DNA of 64,000 nt from assembly GCF_023055435.1 (NCBI RefSeq), contig NW_025963802.1, forward strand, positions 614,355 to 678,354, in the 5' to 3' direction. Source of the DNA: Haliotis rufescens (lineage: Eukaryota). Below, in pieces: positions 13,766-22,278 of the stretch (within the stretch, counting starts at the first letter, position 1; every line of letters begins with the position of its first letter). Made by a program: the position numbers and the translations under genes. Below the pieces are notes generated by a model. It did not search any database. It worked only from the letters and a program-made list of their open reading frames with translations, and had not been told where the DNA came from.

Positions 13766-15003
13766 ATGCTGTATAATGCTGCATAATGCTGTATAATGCT
13801 GTATAATGCTGTATAATGCTGCATAATGCTGTATAATGCTGTATAACGCTGTATAACGCTGTATAATGCTGTATAATGCTGTATAATGTTGCATAACGCT
13901 GTATAATGCTGTATAATGCTGTATAATGCTGTATAATGTTGTATAATGCTGTATAATGCTGTATAATGTTGCATAACGCTGTATAATGTTGCATAACGCT
14001 GTATAATGCTGTATAATGCTGTATAATGCTGTATAATGTTGTATAATGCTGTATAATGCTGTATAATGTTGTATAATGCTGTATAATGCTGTATAATGTT
14101 GCATAACGCTGTATAATGCTGTATAATGCTGTATAATGTTGTATAATGCTGTATAATGTTGCATAACGCTGTATAATGCTGTATAATGCTGTATAATGCT
14201 GTATAATGTTGTATAATGCTGTATAATGCTGTATAATGTTGCATAACGCTGTATAATGCTGTATAATGCTGTATAATGCGGTATAATGCTGTATAATGCT
14301 GTATAATGCTGTATAATGCTGTATAATGTTGTATAATGCTGTATAATGCTGTATAATGTTGTATAACGCTGTATAATGCTGTATAATGCTGTATAATGCT
14401 GTATAATGCGGTATAATGCTGTATAATGCTGTATAATGCTGTATAATGCGGTATAATGTTGTATAATGCTGTATAATGCTGTATAATGCTGTATAATGCT
14501 GTATAATGCGGTATAATGTTGTATAATGCTGTATAATGCTGTATAATGCTGTATAATGCTGTATAATGCGGTATAATGTTGTATAATGCTGTATAATGCT
14601 GTATAATGCTGTATAATGCTGTATAATGCTGTATAATGCGGTATAATGTTGTATAATGCTGTATAATGCTGTATAATGCTGTATAATGCTGTATAATGCG
14701 GTATAATGTTGTATAATGCTGTATAATGCTGTATAATGCTGTATAATGCTGTATAATGCGGTATAATGTTGTATAATGCTGTATAATGCTGTATAATGTT
14801 GTATAATGCTGTATAATGCTGTATAATGTTGTATAACGCTGTATAATGCTGTATAATGCTGTATAATGCTGTATAATGCTGTATAATGCGGTATAATGCT
14901 GTATAATGCTGTATAATGCTGTATAATGCTGTATAATGCTGTATAATGCTGTATAATGCGGTATAATGCTGTATAATGCTGTATAATGCTGTATAATGCT
15001 GCA
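13766..15003. repeat. 10-bp tandem array (GCTGTATAAT)n of about 120 copies. Variant units are GTTGTATAAT, GCGGTATAAT and GTTGCATAAC. There is a local higher-order repeat of 60-70 bp.
   Basis: Direct reading. The ORFs at 13714..15114 and others in this interval are periodic artefacts. Confidence 0.95.
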
Positions 15004-15273
15004 CAAAGCAATATTCCAGCTATCGGACGGCAGGACACATTCTACCCTGGGACCCATGGGGCCAGAGATATTGTTATCATGAAAATGATACTTTAAGATA
15101 TCGAAAGTCATCATCTAAGTTGGGCGTAGTTGAGGCCTTAAACAAGTGCAGGCAGAATTGGCAATAAAATACAGCACAGTTCGCATATTAATTTCCAAAC
15201 TTGTGCTTGTGAAACCTCTGCAGCTTGTGCTTTTTCCCGGAATCTAATATGGTTGGATTTGGCCAAAGGCATC

Positions 15274-15815
15274 TTCCTGAGGCAAGGGAGTTAACTGTCT
15301 GTAAAAGTCCAGTTTCCACCCTTGCCGAACTAAGCTGGAATTTCGGAGTTACATTTTGGCTGGACTAACGAGTCTATGCATACTCCAATGAAAATCGTGC
15401 AACGAACATCCGGTTCATAAACAACATGGATTTAAACGTGTAGATTTCCGGCAACTACAGGATTTGCAAAGCATGTGTACTCTCAATTGGGCGCCAACAG
15501 ATGTATTCCAAATCTTTTCATGTTTTTAATCAAGGTTCTCAAATGATCTGACGCACTTCGCGACGAAAGACCTGTTTTATTACAATACAGATCTTGATTA
15601 TCAATCAGATCGTCTTGACTTGGTACTGCCATTTTGTTTGCAGCAAATATAAGGGATATGAGAGGTTGATTATGATTGGTCAATAGAACGTACAAAGAAG
15701 ACTCATAACTCGAAAAAACCACTGATGGCGCTACTATCGAGTCTCGAAATTCCAGCCTATTGGGCAAGGGTGGAAACTGGACTTTTGTAGTCAGTTAACA
15801 CCCTTGCCTCGGGAA
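15274..15815 (-). mobile_element. Non-autonomous element (MITE-like) with terminal inverted repeats of about 80 bp, copy 1.
   Basis: The left terminus at 15274-15355 (cttcctgaggcaagggagttaactgtctgtaaaagtccagtttccacccttgcc...gctggaatttcggag) is the near-perfect reverse complement of 15735-15815. The internal sequence matches copy 2. Confidence 0.6.
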
Positions 15816-16214
15816 GATGGGCCGAAATAAGCTAAATATTACTTTGTTTCATTTTTATGCTTGTGGGCCATTTGGCTGCACTTCTAAACTTCATGACAAC
15901 GTAATATGACCAGGTAGACTAAAAAAAGATTGATGTCTCATACACTAGAGTAGCTTCCCTTTGATAAGGGCAAATACTCCAGCATTCGGACCTATGGATT
16001 GCCACTGACAAGGCTATTTATGTGTTTTACAAAACATACTTTGCCAATATTTTGATTAAGCTACTGTCTAGAAACCAAGTTTCAGTTGAAAATGCCTGTT
16101 GTCTCTGACTGACTAATCCCTTATTGTGACATAATATATTAATGTATACATTCCAAGAAAACTGGCAAATGTTCAGGTACCGTTTGAGAGAGACTTGTTT
16201 CGTTGATAAAATTT

Positions 16215-16373
16215 AGTGAGTATGGTTTTACGCCGCTTTTCGCAATATTCCAGCAATATCACTGTCAGGGACACCACAAATAGGCTTCAAACTTTGTACC
16301 CATGTTGGGAATTGAACCTGACTCTTCGGCGTGACAGGTGAATGCTATAACCAGTAGGCTACCCCAACACCCC
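16215..16373 (-). mobile_element. tRNA-derived SINE of family A. On the sense strand it has a tRNA-like head (ggggcggtcgggtagcctagtggttaaagcgttcgctcgtcacgccgaagacccgggttcgattccc...) and a (GAGT)n tail.
   Basis: The head has tRNA-like A-box and B-box sequences (tagcctagtgg, ggttcgattcc). Many copies are present in the window. Confidence 0.75.
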
Positions 16374-17392
16374 TGATGAAATATAAGAATGACAGTATAT
16401 GATAAAGAGCTTTTCATGCTTGAGTGTTTTGGGATGGTAAATAACACAAGGCTCGCAAATAACAATATTTATTCATAAAACAGGATACTTACCATCCCTA
16501 AACAAAACTTGTATAATAACCCCTATTTATCACAAATTGAAAATTATATAATTAATTGTATATTATTAAACTTATTGTATCTCACACTTTGCATTTCTTC
16601 CTTCTATTTTCGACCAAGGTGTGGAAATGTCCATGAAAAAAGTTTCCAGCTTCAAAACAAATTTCACCCTAACACATACCTTCATCTCCATGGTAACCAC
16701 CTAAACAAATGGGTCACACACAGCAATCCTGTGCGATGCGATGCGACCCGACACTATGTGGTCTTTTTGTGTGCAGTTTCAAGAAAGAGTACCTATTAGT
16801 TTTAGAGATGTGGTCTGGACAAACCCACCACAATGAACACAGTCGAAGTCAAACTTGTTGCCATGGAAACAGGAAACAATTAAAAAAGAATTAAAATCCT
16901 AAATAGCAAAAGGCACCACTTAAGACCTTGGTAAATACATGTACCAAGTTTGGAGTTCAAGTTGTGTTCTGGAAAAGACACCTTCCCCTCCCTTTTGAGA
17001 CTAAGTCCAAAATGTTTCCATGGAAATCGAGAAGAATAAAAATTCCAAAAATCAGCAATTATCAAAAGGCTCGACTACAGGATCTGTTTGATATATCTGC
17101 CAAGTTTTGTTAAAAGACATAAATATGTTTTTTGAGTTGTCCTCCGGAATGAAATCCACCCCTTTAGAGACGAAGTACAAGTTGTGGAAATTGGAAATTG
17201 AGAAAAATAAAAATGCCTTAACTCCATAAATAGCAAAAGGCACTACTTCATGATATGTTTGATATATCTGACAATTTCCATTGAAAAATATTGAATCGTT
17301 TTCAAGCTACGCTCCGGAAACAAAATGATGACGGACAGATGGACAGACAGATGAGGCATTGACTATATCTCCCCGCATTACAAAAGGCAGGG

Positions 17393-17545
17393 TTAGAAAC
17401 TAACAGTTTTAGACCACTAGTCCTTATAATGATAACATATAGCAAAACCCTTAAAATGGGTCAATTTCTACTAGTCCTTAGGATACCTTTACTACTGGGC
17501 AGTTTGGTAAGAACTACAGGACTAGTGCCAATTTCTAACGCTGCA
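17393..17545. mobile_element. MITE-like repeat of about 155 bp, copy 2.
   Basis: Sequence identity to 13197-13351 and 22037-22192. Confidence 0.6.
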
Positions 17546-17564
17546 AAAGGTGAGATGAAATGAG

Positions 17565-17790
17565 GTCCAAGATTATTGCACTCATATACGCGTGCATGCA
17601 CATACTAGTCTGGACTGATGCCAATTTATAGTGCTAGCACACTGAGATACTATGCCCCAGTTTAACATGAATACCCCGCTCAGACACAGCATACAAACTC
17701 CGAGCAGACCAGTCCTTGTTTTAGCCCCTTAATGCCGAGCGCCAGACAGGGTAACAATAAGTACCATCTTTTAACGTCTTTTGGTATGAC
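17565..17790 (-). mobile_element. SINE family C copy lacking the tRNA head. It ends 20 bp from the exon 3 donor of the PCED1-like gene.
   Basis: Sequence identity to the body of 40975-41232. Confidence 0.7.
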
Positions 17791-17809
17791 CCGGTTTGAG
17801 AAGGTATAC

Positions 17810-18042
17810 CTGCTGATATCCCACAGACAGGAGTTGAGAATAACAACATCAGGCCTTGGTTCATCACTCAAGTCGGCGAGGATGCTCTCCATGTAAGCGT
17901 TGTAGCAGCGGCAGACGAAGTAGAAACGGATGAGGTTGTAGTCAGACAGGTACTGTCGCACCTCACGGTAGTTGGTGCCATTAGACATCTTGCCCTTCTT
18001 GCCTCCTTCGATCAGCTCATCCTTCTCAAAGGTCATCTCACC
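17810..18042 (-). CDS. PCED1-like exon 3. Encodes [77 protein letters not shown](R).
   Basis: The acceptor is ttgatgcag|GGTGAGATG and the donor is ATCAGCAG|gtatac. The exon is 233 bp, leaving 2 bases that join the G of exon 4 to make Arg. It lies inside the ORF 17680..18051. Confidence 0.8.
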
Positions 18043-18602
18043 CTGCATCAAGGTGAGAGGTGAAAGGTCAGAAGCAAAAAACAGGAAAACTTGTCAAAGA
18101 AGAAATAAGTATCGGTATGTTTGAGGTCAGTTGATATTTCATGTCAAAGTAGCTGCTTTTATCATTTTACATTTCAAAACTTTATTCCTTCATGAAGCTG
18201 TGCTTGTTTCGCAACACTTGTGTAAACTTTTATTGCTATTTATTATCCCTTGCTTCTCAATGGTAGAGTGAGTGAGTGAATTGGGTTTAACCCAACAGTA
18301 TTCCAGTTACCGTATTCGACGTAATAAGTGCCCCGCTCTAATAAGCGCCCAAGGCGATATTTGCTAATATATTGGCTCGTGAACAATCCCAATTAGCACC
18401 CTTTCCGATTTATCAATGTACACAATACTTATTTATTCACGTATAATACGCACCCTTAATTATGGGCAATTAAATTCTGGAAAAATATATCTCTCGTATA
18501 TAAACATTTCAGGCTGTCAGCATAAACCACAAAATTTATCTTTCAACTCTGTTATTTTTCCGACAAAATAATATTCTAATAAGATCCCCCTATTTCTAAT
18601 TT

Positions 18603-18953
18603 TGAGTGAGTGAGTGAGTTTGGTTTTACGCCGCTTTTAGCAATATTCCAGCAATATCACGGTGGGAGATCTAATTTTGAGAGCGCCCTGGGCGCTTATT
18701 ACGTCGAATACGGTATATCAACGGCGTGTCAGCTCAATGTGGGAGGAAAGCACGAAGTGATGCAGGTCTCAGACGTTTATCACTTCGGTGAAACCCACGA
18801 GCATGGGTATGGTACTGACAAACCTAGAAACATAATCAGGGTGAACCGGGATTTGAACCCACAATCCTAGGTTTCTGGCGTGCCCAAGGGCCGCAACTCT
18901 GCACAGCGAATCGCAGCGCTTTAGACGACTAAGCCACCTGTGCCCGTGCCCCC
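18603..18953 (-). mobile_element. tRNA-derived SINE of family B. The head is gggggcacgggtggcccagtc...ggttcgaatcc, the body is about 200 bp, and the tail is the same module as in family A. This copy carries an internal insertion of about 45 bp.
   Basis: It matches the plus-strand copy at 25298-25575. The tail is gagtgagtgagt...ttacgccgcttttagcaatattccag. Confidence 0.7.
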
Positions 18954-19227
18954 ATATTATCTAAGAGTGTGAATATTACCACAGTGATTAGATGGTATTT
19001 CGTGGACAATTACAGAACAATTCAGCTAATAAGATAACACGCTGACTAGATTCCTCATTAGGGTCTGCGATTTAGCTGATAGCGTGTCACTGTGCCTCGA
19101 CTGCAAGGGGCGCTACTCATGGTTTCAGATACTGATGTCTGATTCTGACGGGAATATGTTTTGGGTGACGTGATATAGTTGAATGCAAATGATACATTTG
19201 AAAAATGAATATTACAAATATAGACCG

Positions 19228-19375
19228 CCTCAGTGGTCTAGTGGTAGAGCGTCCGCACGGAAAGCAGAAGGTGCGGGGTTCGATCGCCAGTCGCGTCATA
19301 CCAATAGACGTTAAAAGATGGTACTTGTTGGTACACTGCCTGGTGCTTGCCTTAGACGCCTGGGCTACCCATGCC
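19228..19375 (+). mobile_element. tRNA-derived SINE of family C. The head is gcctc(a/c)g..gtctagtggtagagcgtccgc...ggttcgatc and the body is ttaaaagatggtacttgttg....
   Basis: It matches the copies at 40975-41232 and 17565-17790. It is a SINE rather than a genuine tRNA gene because it continues into the conserved family body. Confidence 0.65.
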
Positions 19376-19574
19376 TCCTTTTCAATGGTAGAACATCTGC
19401 ACAAACACTTAGAAGTGGCATTTTTTCTCACTACAATCAATCATAGACACTTATACATTATCACTACCTGTCAATTATTGAACCATCAGGACCAATAAGA
19501 TCGAACAACCTGTTCTAATAAATCATCATAGTTTATTAGTTTCTTTAAAGAAAATTGCTAGCAAGAGTTTTGGC

Positions 19575-20442
19575 ACCTGTATATTTTGAGTTAGTGAGTT
19601 GCGTTTAACGCGGCTTTTAACAGTATTCCAGTTATATCGCGGCGTGTCAGCTTAATGTGGGAGGAAAACACGAAGTGATGCAGGTCTCAGACGTTGACCC
19701 TATATATTTTGTTTTGGTAAAACGAAATGCGGGAGCAATGTGAAATACATTCAAAATCAGGTTCTCTTCTTTTGACGAGAGTATTCGATAAAACAACTGA
19801 TGGTGTAAACTACATAATGACGGAAATTATATTAGGGGACGGGTTTTAACGACCCACTGGAGATCTCGTTGTACCACAAATAGATAGATAGAGTGAGTAA
19901 GGTTTAACGCTGCTTTTAACAGTATTCCAGTTATATCGCGGCGTGTCAGCTGAATGTGGGAGGAAAGCACGAAGTGATGCAGGTCTCAGACGTTGACCCT
20001 ATATATTTTGTTTTGGTAAAACGAAATGCGGGAGCAATGTGAAACACATTCAAAATCAGGTTCTCTTCTTTTGATGAGAGTATTCGATAAAACAACTGAT
20101 GGTGTAAACTACATAATGATGGAAATTATATAAGGGGACGGGTTTTAACGACCCACTGGAGATCTTGTACCACAAATAGATAGATAGAGTGAGTAAGGTT
20201 TAACGCTGCTTTTAACAGTATTCCAGTTATATCACAGCGTGTCAGCTTAATGTGGGAGGAAAGCACAAAGTGATGGTCTCAGATGATTACCACTTGGGTG
20301 AAACCCATGAGCACGGGTATGGTGCTGACAAACCTAGAAACATAATCGGGGCGAACCAGGATTCGAACCCACAATCATAGGTTTCTGGCGTGCCCAAGGG
20401 ATGCAACTCTTGCCTTAGACGACTGGGCCACCCGTGCCCCCT
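19575..20442. repeat. Tandem triplication of about 306 bp. Each unit contains a SINE family B tail fragment plus about 190 bp of unique sequence.
   Basis: The blocks 19587-19892, 19893-20198 and 20199-20442 align base for base (gagtgagtaaggtttaacgctgcttttaacagtattccagttatatc...gttgaccctatatattttgttttggtaaaacgaaatgcgggagcaatgtgaaa...). Confidence 0.85.
20199..20442 (-). mobile_element. SINE family B copy with an internal deletion. It forms the last unit of the 306-bp tandem triplication.
   Basis: Sequence identity. Confidence 0.7.
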
Positions 20443-21160
20443 GTACCTGTATATAACAGATACCACAATACTATGTAGCACAAACAGCAACTGCTCACAC
20501 TTTAAAATCATATGATAGTGTTTTTCTTTCAGTCGTTTGTTATAGTTATATGATGTTTGGTTAACTTTCAGGCTGACCCTAATTATTTTCATACATTATG
20601 AGGAAATGGAAAATTTAATATTAAATTTGGAATTTTTACTCTCATGGTTGCAGCAGACTATTTGCATCTGAGCCGGCCTAGATGTCATAACGATCCCTTG
20701 ACTTCCATGCTTAGTTTCGAACACTGGATTAACTGTACTGTTTGTATCTTTGTTACTTAATGCCACACTAAGCAATATCCCAGCTGTATAAAAGCAGCTT
20801 CTAAATAATCAAGTCTGGACCAGACAATTCAGTGATCCAATATTGTGAGCAATGACCATGCCATTTGGGAACAATGGCCATAGGCGATTCCAGGGGGGGG
20901 GGGGGGGGGTCTAGTGGGTCCTGACCCTTTTGAAAACCAAATGCAATATGTTGCAAGGCTGAAAAATTATATGTGGGATGTTTTTGATATTTTAGACCCT
21001 CCCTTTTAAAAATGCTGGATCTGCCCAAGTCACAGAGTCAGACCAGACAATCCATTGAGTCACCTCATACTACCAGCATGGGGTCCTAACCGTCCTATAG
21101 GGAGCCATTCTAACCGAGCATCCCCAATGGGTATGTAAAGTATGGTACTGCAGTGGTTAC

Positions 21161-21240
21161 CTTGTTGCGGAGGTTGCCATCAGTCAAGTATCTGTTCTTC
21201 TGGAGCAGCAACACCACATCCTTGTACACAGCTCGCTGGA
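21161..21240 (-). CDS. PCED1-like exon 2. Encodes (I)[26 protein letters not shown].
   Basis: The acceptor is ...cctccag|TCCAGCGAGCT and the donor is CAACAAG|gtaacc on the minus strand. Phase is consistent with exon 1 (1 base) and exon 3 (phase 0). The motif [15 protein letters not shown] is characteristic of the PCED1 family, recalled from memory. Confidence 0.75.
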
Positions 21241-21295
21241 CTGGAGGTACAATTAGCATGGGCATTACAGTCAAGCTGGATTTAATACATCTTCC

Positions 21296-21850
21296 CGAGA
21301 CAAGGGCATTTACTGACTATGAAAGTGCAGTTCTCACGCTTGCAGAACGAGGCTGGAATTTCATGGTTCGATCGAAGCACCACCAGTGGCTTTTATGAAT
21401 TATGTCCCTTCTATGTCCCTCCTACTGACAAATCAGATTCCATCTCTCATATCACTTGCATTTGGTTCAAACAAAATGGCAATGCCCAGTCAAGATGATC
21501 TGATCCATGATCAAGATCTATGTTGTAATAAAACAGGTCTTACCCCACGAAGTGCATCAAGTCACTTTAGCCTCTGGATTAAAAACATGTAAAGATGTGC
21601 AAAATATAATGCTGACACCCCGTTGACAGTACACATGCTTTGCAAATGCTGCAGTCAACCGAAATCTGCACATTGAAATCCATGATGTTTACAAACCGGA
21701 TGTCTTGTTTGTTAGCGATTTTGATTGGAGTATGGATAGACTTGATAATCCAGCTAAAATGTAACTCCAGGATTCTAGCCTTGTTCGACAAGGTTCGAAA
21801 CTGGACTTAAATAGTCCGTTAACGCCCTTGCCTCAGGAAGAGGAGTTTAA
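21296..21850 (+). mobile_element. The same MITE-like family, copy 2, in the opposite orientation. It lies in intron 1 of the PCED1-like gene.
   Basis: The internal 94-aa and 68-aa ORFs of the two copies are homologous (NKMAVPSQDDLIDNQDLYCNKTGL versus NKMAMPSQDDLIHDQDLCCNKTGL). The right terminal inverted repeat at 21770-21850 matches copy 1, and the left repeat is diverged. Confidence 0.55.
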
Positions 21851-22036
21851 GATTCATCCTCGTTCAGGGACTTTCACCTGAATTGGGTCCTGAGATCCTT
21901 CTTGTCTTCTCTAAAGGAAATATGAATTGAAAGAGGCCCAAAGTATCTTTGAACTATTAACAAGAGGGTTATGACGATGACCCCTCGACTTTCATGCTAT
22001 ATTTGGAACACTTACTACTACATAGGTACAGCGTCA

Positions 22037-22192
22037 GAAACTAACAGTTTCAGTCCACTTGTCCTCAAAATGATAACATAGCAAAACCCTTAAAAATGGC
22101 ATATTTCTACCAGTCCTTATGATACCTTAGCTACTGGGCAGTTTGGCAGGGACTGTAGGACTAGTGCCAATTTCTAACACTGAAGTGGGTGG
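22037..22192. mobile_element. MITE-like repeat of about 155 bp, copy 3. It lies 11 bp downstream of the exon 1 donor of the PCED1-like gene.
   Basis: Sequence identity to the other two copies. Confidence 0.6.
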
Positions 22193-22202
22193 TGACACTT
22201 AC

Positions 22203-22278
22203 TTGAGTCACCAATGATGACCACAAACTTGTTGTACAGGAGTTTCTCCACATCCTGGCGAAAGAATATGTCCCCCAT
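22203..22278 (-). CDS. PC-esterase domain protein (PCED1/FAM113-like SGNH hydrolase), exon 1. Includes the start codon and encodes [25 protein letters not shown], which contains the GDS block I motif.
   Basis: The minus strand reads gccATGGGGGACATATTC...GGTGACTCAA followed by the donor gtaagt. VVIIGDS matches SGNH block I. The frame joins exon 2 to give [11 protein letters not shown]. Confidence 0.7.

Noticed and set aside
13714-15114. Three overlapping minus-strand ORFs of 425-466 aa with (YTALYSIIQH)n.
   Set aside because: They are artefacts of the 10-bp (GCTGTATAAT)n array. Thirty nucleotides make 10 codons.
19228-19300. A tRNA-like sequence (gcctcagtggtctagtggtagagcgtccgc...ggttcgatcgcc).
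   Set aside because: It continues directly into the conserved family C SINE body (ttaaaagatggtacttgttg...) shared with 40975-41232, and the acceptor-stem pairing is imperfect. It is called a SINE head, not a tRNA gene. The same reasoning applies to the tRNA-like heads of families A and B and to similar heads at 32225-32305 and 36625-36700.
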